This document shows positions 17,290-25,794 of a stretch of 32,000 bases of DNA, piece after piece (the first letter of the stretch is position 1; each line of letters opens with the position of its first letter). The notes under the pieces were generated by a model. It ran no database searches and had not been told where the DNA came from. It worked only from the letters and a program-made list of their open reading frames with translations. A program made the position numbers and the translations under genes. This DNA is from Synechococcus sp. Cruz-7E5 (GTDB taxonomy: Bacteria; Cyanobacteriota; Cyanobacteriia; PCC-6307; Cyanobiaceae), in the NCBI RefSeq assembly GCF_024345995.1, contig NZ_JAGQCE010000003.1:112759-144758 (forward strand). Direction: 5' to 3'.

Positions 17290-18036
17290 TCAATACTGCT
17301 GTTTGTCCTTGATGACCGCCCGAACACCTCCGCGGGGGGATTGGTCATCACCTGTTCGCCGGGGGATGTGATGCCAATGGGCATGAAACACCGTCTGCCC
17401 CGCCGCTGATCGAGGCGTCCTTGGCACTGAGCTGCTCACGCCGCTGCTTCAGCAGGTCCACCACAGCGTTCCATCCCGGCTGGTGCAGATCCAACCCATC
17501 GGCCACATGGCGCCGCGGGATCACCAGGCTGTGGCCCGGCGTCACCGGGTAGGAATCGGCGATCCACAGCGCCAGTTCGTTCTCCAGCAGCACCCGGCCG
17601 CTGCCCTCCAGCGCGCAGAACACACAGACCGCCTCACGGTGGCCATAGCTGGCCTGAATTGCAGCGGAAGCAGAGCGCCTGCAGGTTGGTGATGGCGTCG
17701 GAGCCGCCCTGGTTTTTGGGGATGGTGTGGTCCACCTCCAGGGCTCGCTGGTGCTCGTGCGCGCCGCAGCACTCGCGGCGGCCCCGGGCGCATCGGTGAA
17801 CCCTGGATTTCACCGAGCCACTGATCGGGCTGCGGTGGGCAAACACCTCTTCGCCGCGCTGCTCACGGAAGGCATCGAGGCGCTGACGACAGAGCTGCAG
17901 CAGCTGGTCGCGCTCGGCGTCGCTCAGTTCGTCGCCGCCGATCAGGCTGTAGGCGCCGTTGCCGGTGAGCACCTTGCCCACCATCGGCTGCTCAGGATTC
18001 GCCGGGCCATGTCCTGCGCTGGGGCCGGGCTGCGGC
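17290..18036 (-). pseudogene. HNH-HIT copy lacking its 5' end, frameshifted (copy D)
   Basis: ALEVDHTIPKNQGGSDAITNLQALCFRCNSG; CALEGSGRVLLENELALWIADSYPVTPGHSLVIPRRH; FHAHWHHIPRRTGDDQSPRGGVRAVIKDKQQY*. Confidence 0.87.
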
Positions 18037-18052
18037 GGCATGGCAGATACCG

Positions 18053-18451
18053 TCACGCCTCAGCGTCGGAACCCGGCATGACCAGCGGCTGCACCCGAGC
18101 GATCAGTTCCTTCACCTGCCGGTTGAAGTCTTCCCGATCCAACCCCAGGGGTGTGGGATCGGCGTCGTAGCGGAACTGCACGGCATAGACGGTGAGTTGA
18201 GCGAGCGGTTGCAGCTTGGCCGTGGCCACTCCCTCGGCCTCCAGCAGCAACAGCAGCCGACGGAGGTCATGGGTGAGCGGCGGGTCTCCGCCGAGCTGTA
18301 AGTACCAGGCTTTGAGCGCCTTCTCCACCGCCTGCTGCAACCAGAAGCCCCAGGCGCCCTCGCGGAACACAGCTGGATCGCTGGAGGCCTCGGCGGTCTC
18401 CAGATCGGCGCTGGCGATCCTCAGCAGTCCTTGCGGCTCAGAGAGCACCAT
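18053..18451 (-). CDS. HEPN-domain protein
   Basis: EGAWGFWLQQAVEKALKAWYLQLGGDPPLTHDLRRLLLLLEAEG. Confidence 0.85.
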   Translation of the reverse strand: MVLSEPQGLLRIASADLETAEASSDPAVFREGAWGFWLQQAVEKALKAWYLQLGGDPPLTHDLRRLLLLLEAEGVATAKLQPLAQLTVYAVQFRYDADPTPLGLDREDFNRQVKELIARVQPLVMPGSDAEA

Positions 18452-18794
18452 CCAGCAACCGCCCCTCCCGGAACGCCCTGCCGATCACGTGAGTGCGCCA
18501 CTGGCGCCGTTCCTCGCACTCCCGCTCGGAGTACAGCAGCAGATCCAGCGAAACATCCGCTCGCGCCAGCAGCCCCCACAGCTGATTGAGCACATCGAAG
18601 CGGTTGCGTCCCTCCAGCCAGGCATCCGGGGCCGTGATCAGCAGATCGATGTCCGAGTCAGGGCCAGCGGTGCCCCGGGCCCTGGAACCGAACAGACGCA
18701 CCTCCGAGCCAGGGATCACGCCATGGATCACAGCCGCCATCTTCTCCAGGCGGCTGTCGATCGGTAGCGCAACTGGGGTGTTCATGCCCTGCAT
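18438..18794 (-). CDS. MntA-like nucleotidyltransferase
   Basis: EVRLFGSRARGTAGPDSDIDLLITAPDA. Confidence 0.9.
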   Translation of the reverse strand: MQGMNTPVALPIDSRLEKMAAVIHGVIPGSEVRLFGSRARGTAGPDSDIDLLITAPDAWLEGRNRFDVLNQLWGLLARADVSLDLLLYSERECEERRQWRTHVIGRAFREGRLLDGAL

Positions 18795-18805
18795 TCTGAT
18801 TCCAC

Positions 18806-19062
18806 TCGCTCGGCGTCGCTCAGTTCGTCGCCGCCGACCAGGCTGTAGGCGCCGTTGCCGTAGGCGGTGAGGCCGTTACCGGTGAGCACCCTGCCCACCA
18901 TCCGCTTCCCAGGATCCGCCGGGCCACGTCCTGCGCCGGGGCGGGGCTGCTCCTCCCTAGCAGCTCCATGAGCATGAGCGGTTGGTAGATGTGGCTCATG
19001 CGTATCCGCTCGGCGATGAACTTGCGCAGGCGAAGGAAGGCAGCAGAGGGGCTGTTGGCCAT
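18806..19062 (-). pseudogene. 5' fragment of the HNH-HIT gene (copy E)
   Basis: MANSPSAAFLRLRKFIAERIRMSHIYQPLMLMELLGRSSPAPAQDVARRILGSGWWAG.. ending near ELSDAER. Confidence 0.87.
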
Positions 19063-19108
19063 GGAGTGATGGTGGCGGCTGCCGGGCGACCGGGCCAGGT
19101 TTGACTTT

Positions 19109-19176
19109 GGGCGGCTCGTCAGGCTGGCGCCCCTGCTGGGATCCCTTCTGGTGTGGGGGTGCTGAGGCTGCAGCCC
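19109..19176. repeat. Short imperfect repeat, partner of 17153-17220
   Basis: See 17153-17220. Confidence 0.8.
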
Positions 19177-19389
19177 ACTCCGCAGCAGCTCGCGGAGGAA
19201 TTGCCCCCTCCCCTTGGCGGTGGCAATCAGATCGACCGCCACCGCCGCGGCCCCAGGAAGCTGCAGCAGGTCGGCGAGGGGTGTCGTGCCCATCGCCCTC
19301 GGCGGGGATGCCTGTGCTGCTCTCGCTCGTTCTCCACCAGAGCGTCCTGCCGCCAGGACAGCTGCAAGGATGCAGTCCAGAATGGGGCC

Positions 19390-19704
19390 ATGGCTGCCCC
19401 TTCGACCCAGGAAACCTCCCTCTCCCAGCGGCTCCAATGCGCCCGCGAGCAGGTGCTTGCCGTGGCTCACCGCCATGGGGCCCGCAACCTGCGGATCTAT
19501 GGCTCGGTGGCCCTTGGCCAGGATCGGCCCGGCAGCGACCTTGACCTACTGGTGGATCTGGAGCAGGGCTGTTCCCTGCTGGAAGTGATCGCCCTGCGGC
19601 AGGAACTGGAAGCTCTCTTGAATTGCCAGGTGGATCTGGCGGAAGCAGCGCAGCTGCATCCTTTGATCCGGGATCAGATCATTACGCAGGCCAAGGCTTT
19701 GTGA
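19390..19704 (+). CDS. MntA-like nucleotidyltransferase (104 aa)
   Basis: LRIYGSVALGQDRPGSDLDLLVDLEQGCSLLEVIALRQELEALLNCQVDL. Confidence 0.88.
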   Translation: MAAPSTQETSLSQRLQCAREQVLAVAHRHGARNLRIYGSVALGQDRPGSDLDLLVDLEQGCSLLEVIALRQELEALLNCQVDLAEAAQLHPLIRDQIITQAKAL

Positions 19705-20042
19705 GCAAAGATCTTCTTTACCTCACCAGCATTTCTGAAGCTCTTGAGCGAATCAATCTCTACACCCCTGAAGGCCGCTCAGCTTTCCTTGCTTCCACGC
19801 TTGTGAAGGATGGAGTGATCCGCAACTTGATCATGATCGGCGAAGCCGTGAAGAATCTGTCGGCGGACCTTCGCGAGTCCGAATCGTCCACTCCTTGGAA
19901 GTCCATCGCCGGCATGCGAGATGTTCTTATTCATGATTATTTGCGTGTCAACCTGGAGCAGGTATGGGAAACCGTGGCGCGTGATCTTCCTCCCCCTGGT
20001 CTCACCGTTAGTTCGCTGATTGAGCGGCACATGAACGATTGA
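19701..20042 (+). CDS. HepT-like HEPN toxin (DUF86 type), GTG start
   Basis: IMIGEAVKNLSADLRESESSTPWKSIAGMRDVLIHDYLRVNLEQVWE has RX4HXY; GTGA overlap with the MNT gene. Confidence 0.88.
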   Translation: MSKDLLYLTSISEALERINLYTPEGRSAFLASTLVKDGVIRNLIMIGEAVKNLSADLRESESSTPWKSIAGMRDVLIHDYLRVNLEQVWETVARDLPPPGLTVSSLIERHMND

Positions 20043-20045
20043 GCT

Positions 20046-20118
20046 GCAAAGCCAGCATCGCCTACTACCCAGGAGTCCCACCATGAACCCCCTGGATCAC
20101 GAAGAGCAGGTGATCCTG
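20046..20118 (+). pseudogene. Scar of a BrnT-like/CopG-like module junction
   Basis: 66 of 73 bases match 16824-16896 by hand alignment, spanning the toxin 3' end, ATGA overlap and antitoxin 5' end. Confidence 0.85.
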
Positions 20119-20375
20119 CGCTCGCGGCACTGCTGCAGCAGCGCGTCGCGCTCGGCGTCGCTCAGGTCGTCGCCGCCGATCAGGCTGTCGCGGCCATCGC
20201 CACAGGCAGTGATGCCGCTGCCCAGGATCCGGCGGGCCACGTCCTGCGCTGGGGCCGGACTGCGGCGGCCCAGCAGTTCCAGGAGCAAGAGCGGTTGTTC
20301 GATGGGGCTCATGCGCATCCGCTCGGCGATGAACGCGCGCAGGCGAAGGAAGGCAGCAGAGGGGAGCGGGGGCAT
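20112..20375 (-). pseudogene. 5' fragment of the HNH-HIT gene (copy F)
   Basis: MPPLPSAAFLRLRAFIAERMRMSPIEQPLLLLELLGRRSPAPAQDVARRILGS...SLIGGDDLSDAERDALLQQC. Confidence 0.87.
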
Positions 20376-20450
20376 GGGGGCATCCTGGCTGAGGTGTGAC
20401 GGGGGTGGCTGGCATTGGTACGTTGCCCAGAGGGCCAGCAGAATGGACCC

Positions 20451-20768
20451 ATGACCCGGACAGCACCGCCAACCCCTCTCACGGCCGAAGAGGTGCTCAA
20501 CCGCCTCCGTCAGCGCCAGCCGGACTGGCACCGCCGATTTCATGTGGTGGAGCTTGGCTTGTTCGGCTCCGTTGCCCGCGGCGATGCCCGCCCAGACAGC
20601 GATCTCGATGTCTGGGTCCAGCTCGACCCTCTCACTCCCTACGCCCTGGTGCACTTGAAACAGGAGCTGGAAGAGCTGATGCAGTGTCCCGTCGACCTGG
20701 TGCGCCTGCGGGAGCGCATGGCCCCAACCCTCCGAAAGCGTATTGAGCAGGAGGGGCTCACGGCGTGA
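20451..20768 (+). CDS. MntA-like nucleotidyltransferase (105 aa)
   Basis: VVELGLFGSVARGDARPDSDLDVWVQLD. Confidence 0.9.
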   Translation: MTRTAPPTPLTAEEVLNRLRQRQPDWHRRFHVVELGLFGSVARGDARPDSDLDVWVQLDPLTPYALVHLKQELEELMQCPVDLVRLRERMAPTLRKRIEQEGLTA

Positions 20769-21132
20769 CGGAGGACCAGAAGGATGTCCTGTTGAGCCTC
20801 CTGAGCGCGCTCAAGCGTGCCCAGCGCAAATCCAGGTCTCTGATTGTCAATCCTGAGTTGCTGGATCAGGAGGAAGGAGAAGATGCTCTGGATGTGATCT
20901 GTATGCAGTTCCTCGCAGCCGGTGAATCTTTGAAGCGTTTGGAGCGCCTGTATCCTGACCTCCTACAGAATCGTTATCCCCATATCGACTGGGAAGGGGC
21001 CATGGGGTTCCCGATGTCATCGCTCACCAGTATTTTGATCTTGATGTTGAACAAATTCTTGTCATCTGTGAACAGTCGCTGCCCGGCATGATCCATGCGG
21101 TTCAAGACCCGTTGGAGAACTGACGAATCGGC
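20765..21132 (+). pseudogene. HepT-like HEPN gene with a one-base deletion at the active-site motif
   Basis: QFLAAGESLKRLERLYPDLLQNRYPHIDWEGAMGF, then DVIAHQYFDLDVEQILVICEQSLPG appears only in the adjacent frame. Confidence 0.82.
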
Positions 21133-21191
21133 ACCACGTAGCTCATGCGCGATGGCATCCATCTCTCCAGTTCCTTTGCCCCCTTTTGACC

Positions 21192-21317
21192 GTGCCTACA
21201 GTGAGTCCTTTGCTGCTACCGCCGAGCGAGCGGCTGGCCTTGGCGATCGCCCTGTGGGACAGCCCCGAAGCGGCTGTGCCCTGGGATGAGGTGCGGAGCC
21301 AGCTCGGCATCGGATGA
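21192..21317 (+). CDS. Small protein resembling the end of an addiction-module component antitoxin
   Basis: GTG-started 41-aa ORF VPTVSPLLLPPSERLALAIALWDSPEAAVPWDEVRSQLGIG*. Confidence 0.35.
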   Translation: MPTVSPLLLPPSERLALAIALWDSPEAAVPWDEVRSQLGIG

Positions 21318-21384
21318 CTCCGCCCTCAGTCCACCTTCTACCTGAGGCGGTGGTGGATCTGCTGGAAACGCAGCGCTGCTGGAT

Positions 21385-21445
21385 GCGGAAGGGGCGGGGG
21401 CATGGGGGCATCCTGGCGGGGTAAGCCGGGGGGCACTTTCCTGCG
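21385..21445 (-). repeat. Short remnant of the HNH-HIT gene start region (copy G)
   Basis: 'gcggaaggggcgggggcatgggggcatcctggc' resembles the start regions at 15530-15570 and 20360-20390. Confidence 0.55.
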
Positions 21446-21860
21446 ACAGTGCTGCCAGAATCAAGGATGTAATCGACGTGCCGATGCCCAGTTCCGACTC
21501 TGAGCTTGAACGGCAGCAGCAGTCGAGCCAGGCAACATCTGCCTGAACTGTGCCTCCATCGGGGCCATATCCAGCACGGCACCTGCGCGGATCGCAGCGA
21601 AATACTGCTCTCGCTGTGATCCCAGTCTGAGTAATCGAGCGGTCCGATCCCTTCGGCCAGCACCCGCCGCGGCACCGGACCCAGCTCTGGGTGGTGGACC
21701 GCAGGGCAGGCCCGGGCGCTCATGCGAACCACGATCTCCTGAAGGATGGTGGTCGTGTCCATCAGCAGCTCGATGGCAGGCGAGGCGATGGTGAAGGGCA
21801 TGGGGCCGTCCGCAGGAGACAGCCATCGTTCTTCGCCGCCGCGCACAATGCCCAGGGGTT

Positions 21861-22847
21861 TTGATCGCTCTGGCCATGTTTCTGATTCACAGCAGCATCG
21901 ATCAGGCGCCCCTGTTGGCGGGTGCCGTAGTGGGGGCCTGCCGTGGCGAGGGTTGGCTCAATCCCCTTCAGCCTCGCTTCCTTGGGGTTCTGTTCGATCG
22001 ACTTCTGGGTTTCAAGGCCGATTTCGACCGGTTGGCGCCCTGCTCCCCCGAGGAGGTGCTGCAGGCTTTGCCCACGGCTGAGCAGCGACTGGAGCTGGTG
22101 GAGTTGATGGTGACGCTGGAGATGCTCTGCGACGCGATCCCCGCGGAGCTCGAGACCTCCATCGAGCACTGGGCTGAAATCCTTGGGGTGGAAGACCGCA
22201 GCCTGCGGCTGGCCCGTGACCTGGCCGCCAACGCTTCCGCTCAGGCTCTTCTCGATTTCTATCGTTACAACTGGGTCGGCGAGCAGCACCGGCTCAACCC
22301 CGCCTTCCAGGGGCTGCTCGCCCGCCATGGCAAGCGGGCGTACGCGCTCACCGTCGAACCGGACCCCGCCGAGGCTTCCCGCTGGCGTGCGCTCGAGCAC
22401 TGCCAGGCAGGAAGCATCGGTCGCGCCTTATGGGACTTCTACCAGCAGCGTGGCTTCGGTTTCCCGGGGGAACCGGGTGCCGCCAACGCGGCCTTGGCTC
22501 GTCACGACTGGCTGCATGTTCTGGGAGAGTTCGACACCACCCCGATCGGTGAGTTGGAGGTGACCGCATTCCAGGCCGCCGCCAGCACACTGCCGGGCGC
22601 CACCCTTGGCTTCATCGGTGCTGTCAGCATCCTGCAGACGGGCCTGCTGCCGAGTCTGGTGGTGCCGCCGGGCCATCACCACGCCCTCGATGTACCGGGG
22701 GGGCCGGAGCGGATTGCGGACGCCATCCGCCGAGGTCGAGCCTGCCGGCGCGATGTGTTCCGGGAGATCGACTTCTTCGCTGTGGCGGACGATCCGCTGC
22801 CAAGCTGCCGCTCCCGGTGGGGCATTCCGGAGCCGGTCGTTGAATGA
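21861..22847 (+). CDS. Uncharacterised protein, weakly Coq4-like
   Basis: 328-aa ORF; SIGRALWDFYQQRGFGFPGEPGAANAALARHDWLHVLGEFDTTPIGELEVTAF. Confidence 0.6.
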   Translation: MIALAMFLIHSSIDQAPLLAGAVVGACRGEGWLNPLQPRFLGVLFDRLLGFKADFDRLAPCSPEEVLQALPTAEQRLELVELMVTLEMLCDAIPAELETSIEHWAEILGVEDRSLRLARDLAANASAQALLDFYRYNWVGEQHRLNPAFQGLLARHGKRAYALTVEPDPAEASRWRALEHCQAGSIGRALWDFYQQRGFGFPGEPGAANAALARHDWLHVLGEFDTTPIGELEVTAFQAAASTLPGATLGFIGAVSILQTGLLPSLVVPPGHHHALDVPGGPERIADAIRRGRACRRDVFREIDFFAVADDPLPSCRSRWGIPEPVVE

Positions 22848-23085
22848 CTCGGCAAAGCCGTTCTGCCTCAGGGATCCTGGCTCGATGTCGGCGGTGGTAC
22901 GTGGGCTGTTGTGTCACCTCGATGACGCGACAGACGTTGGTGACGGTCTTGCCCCGGGCGATCAGCTGCTCAAGATTTGAGCTTGCGGATGATCTGCTCG
23001 GGTGTGTGGCGGATTCGTTTCATGGTGGTGTCCCCGCGGCACATTCAGGCCCATAAGATGCGGCCACGGCCGGGGTCCAGCAGTT

Positions 23086-23853
23086 GTGACTGAGGTCCTG
23101 ATCCTCCTTCTTGCCGGCGCGGCCGGTGCCTTTCTGAACACGGTGGCGTCCAGCGGATCGGCGATCGTGATCCCGATCCTCATCGCGATCGGGCTGGAGC
23201 CGGTCATGGCCAACGCCTCCAACCGGCTGTTGATCGTCGTCGGCTGCGCCACCGCCGTCTGGCGCTTCCATCGCGCCGGCCTTCTTCCCTGGAACGATGC
23301 CCTGCGCTTCACGATCCCGGCGGTGCTCGGGGCGGCCTGCGGCGCACTGCTCGCGTCGGTGTTCGGCGATCTGCGCACGACCCAGCTCGTCACCGTCGCC
23401 GTTGCGCTCACCCTGGTCGTCGTTCTGTTCAACCCCACCCGCTGGCTGGCCGCGGATCGACCCCAGCAGGAGCCCGAGCGGGGGCCTCTGGCGTTGGCAC
23501 TGATGGCGCTTGTCGGGGGGTGGGCCGGCCTGATCGCGGTTGACTCCGGTACCTACGCCCTGGCGGTCCTGGTGCTGGTGGCCCACTTCCCAATCCGGGA
23601 AGCCAACGGGATCAAGGTCACGGTCCTCGGCGCGGCTGCCCTGACCTCGTTGCTCATCTTCTCCGGCCAGGCGGAGGTCGACTGGCGGTCGGGCCTGATC
23701 CTCGCGGCGGGCAGTGTGCTGGGTGCCTTGCTCGGGGCGCAGCTTGCCCTTGGGCCCCATGCCGCGAAGTGGGTGTTTCGAGTTCTCGTCCTGGTCCTGG
23801 TGATCGAGATGGTGCCCCTCATCGTCAGGTTGCTGGGGTCCCTGAGCATCTGA
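23086..23853 (+). CDS. TauE/SafE-family membrane permease (GTG start likely; ORF opens at 23002)
   Basis: LLLAGAAGAFLNTVASSGSAIVIPILIAIGLEPVMANASNRL and several hydrophobic segments. Confidence 0.85.
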   Translation: MTEVLILLLAGAAGAFLNTVASSGSAIVIPILIAIGLEPVMANASNRLLIVVGCATAVWRFHRAGLLPWNDALRFTIPAVLGAACGALLASVFGDLRTTQLVTVAVALTLVVVLFNPTRWLAADRPQQEPERGPLALALMALVGGWAGLIAVDSGTYALAVLVLVAHFPIREANGIKVTVLGAAALTSLLIFSGQAEVDWRSGLILAAGSVLGALLGAQLALGPHAAKWVFRVLVLVLVIEMVPLIVRLLGSLSI

Positions 23854-23944
23854 CCGCTGGCCCCAAGGGCAGGATCCTGATGGCGGCCTTCATTGCTGCC
23901 GACCGCCTGAGACAATCCACCCTCGCCCGTGCCCAGCGAAACAG

Positions 23945-24469
23945 ATGTCCGTTCTCGGCAGAGAGGCGATCCTGCAGGCGATCGAAGCGGGCACGATCGG
24001 GGTGACGCCGTTCGTTCCAGAGCGGCTGGGCCCCGCCTCTCTCGACCTCACCCTCGCCGGCACCTTTCGCGTGTTCCGCAAGGTGCACGCGGTGATCGAG
24101 GTGCGCGAGCACACCGACTACCGGCAGCTGACCGAGAAGATCAAGGTGCCCCAGGGCGAGCACATCCTGATCATGCCGGGCGAGACGGTGCTCGGCATCA
24201 CCCAGGAGCGGCTGCGCCTGGGCCCCGGTCTGTGCGGCTGGCTGGAGGGTCGCAGCCGTTTCGCGCGGCTTGGCCTGATGGTGCACATCAGCGCCCCCTT
24301 CATGGGACCGGGGATTGACAGCCAGCAGGTGCTGGAGATGAGCAACTTCGGCCCCGCTCCCCTGGCCGTCTATCCCGGCACCGCGATCTGCCAGTTCGTG
24401 TTTCAGAAGCTGGTGGGCAGCGAGATCTATGCCGGCGGCTTCGCTGGCCAGACGGAGGACTCCTTCTGA
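23945..24469 (+). CDS. dcd: dCTP deaminase (174 aa)
   Basis: ASLDLTLAGTFRVF, GWLEGRSRFARLGLMVHISAPFMGPG, SNFGPAPLAVYPGTAICQFVFQKL. Confidence 0.85.
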   Translation: MSVLGREAILQAIEAGTIGVTPFVPERLGPASLDLTLAGTFRVFRKVHAVIEVREHTDYRQLTEKIKVPQGEHILIMPGETVLGITQERLRLGPGLCGWLEGRSRFARLGLMVHISAPFMGPGIDSQQVLEMSNFGPAPLAVYPGTAICQFVFQKLVGSEIYAGGFAGQTEDSF

Positions 24470-24819
24470 CCATTCCCAGCACCCGCCTCGACTGTCGGCC
24501 GTGATCACCTACCGCGACCGGTGCATCCGATTGATTTCCGTTCGGCGGTCCAGAGCAGAAGAGGTGGAGCTCTATGAACAGTTCTGATTTCGATCAACGT
24601 TTCGATGCCGGCGAGTCCGTGCTTGAGGCCCTCGACATCGGCGGTGCCCGTCGCCGCGAGTATCTTGAGCAGGTACGGCAGGTGGATATCAGCTGGGTGG
24701 ATGATCGCCGCCGCGATCGATTGCAGGTGGGGTCACTGCTGCAATCGCTGGCCCGAAACGTGGCCACCGAGGTGAGCCAGGCCGTGCTCGCGGTGGATGC
24801 CAGCGGCGCCGATGGGGCC

Positions 24820-25080
24820 TCAGAAAATCCACAGGGTTTTCTTCTTGCAGTAGCCCGCCCCGATGTTCATCCATCCGGAGGCACAGGGCTTTCCGTTGGT
24901 GGGCTTCACCTGGTAGTAGATCGGTGAATTGCAATGCTGCTTGAGGTCATTGACATACCCAAGCGGACACTGGTCGTAACCAGGCAGTTTGGGAATCCGC
25001 TTCTGCGCCTGTGCCGGGGCCGTGGTCAGCAACGGAAGGCTCAGAAGCACGCCGGCCAGAGCGAGTTGGAGCTTCTGCAT
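24820..25080 (-). CDS. Small Cys-containing putative secreted protein
   Basis: Signal-peptide-like MQKLQLALAGVLLSLPLLTTAPAQAQ then CPLGYVNDLKQHCNSPIYYQ...CASGWMNIGAGYCKKK. Confidence 0.6.
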   Translation of the reverse strand: MQKLQLALAGVLLSLPLLTTAPAQAQKRIPKLPGYDQCPLGYVNDLKQHCNSPIYYQVKPTNGKPCASGWMNIGAGYCKKKTLWIF

Positions 25081-25794
25081 CTGGTGGGTTTTCACGTTTT
25101 CAAACTCTAGGAGTCGGTTGCCGGTGGCGGGGGTGTGACGGGGTGGCACTTGTGGAGGAGAAGCCCTCGTTATCCTCTGCGCCATGAATGCTCCCCCATG
25201 CAGACCACGCGATCGTGGACAAAGCCAAGATCTGCGGCTATCTGTTTACAGTCGTGCATCCCCAGCTGGTCGGTTCAAGGCCAGGGTGTTCTTTCCCCTG
25301 GGCTACACAGTCAAAAACTGGACGCGTCTTCATGATGATCTGCTTACCCATAGGCGAACCGGAACGGTTCTGCGGATTTAGAACAACTCCTACGGGAGGA
25401 GAGTTGTGATAAGCGCTATACAGGTTGGGTCTAATGCAACCTCTCAGCCATTCAAGACGATCTGACTGATTCCTACTTTCTCAGTCCAGCCAAGACTCAT
25501 CACTGCATTTCCGGAATAAGCCATGTTTGCCGTGCATCAGACAGTTGCCCTGGCCCAGGACAGCCCAGACGCCGGCTTTCGGACGGGCGGTCTGGGCGCC
25601 ATCGTTGCCATGGACGGTGTCGACAGCGTTGAGGTTGAGGTCGGCCTCCGATTCTCAACCCCCTTCCGATGAACTCGCTTTGATTCCTGTGGGTGCTCTG
25701 GGGCCCTGAGACGGCAGGTGAGCGATGCGGGCACAGCCGATGAAGGGTCTCTTCTGGCACAGTCACCTGGCTACCTGGCGTGCGGGTCAGACCT

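Noticed and set aside
21461-21877. Minus-strand ORFs at 21461-21877 and 21196-21846.
   Set aside because: No coherent conserved motif in any frame; probably non-coding or degraded sequence next to copy G.
24574-24927. ORF 24574-24927 (+), whose first residues (DFDQRFDAGESVLEALD) recall CopG-type antitoxins.
   Set aside because: Similarity does not extend into a ribbon-helix-helix region and no toxin partner is apparent, so not called as a TA gene.
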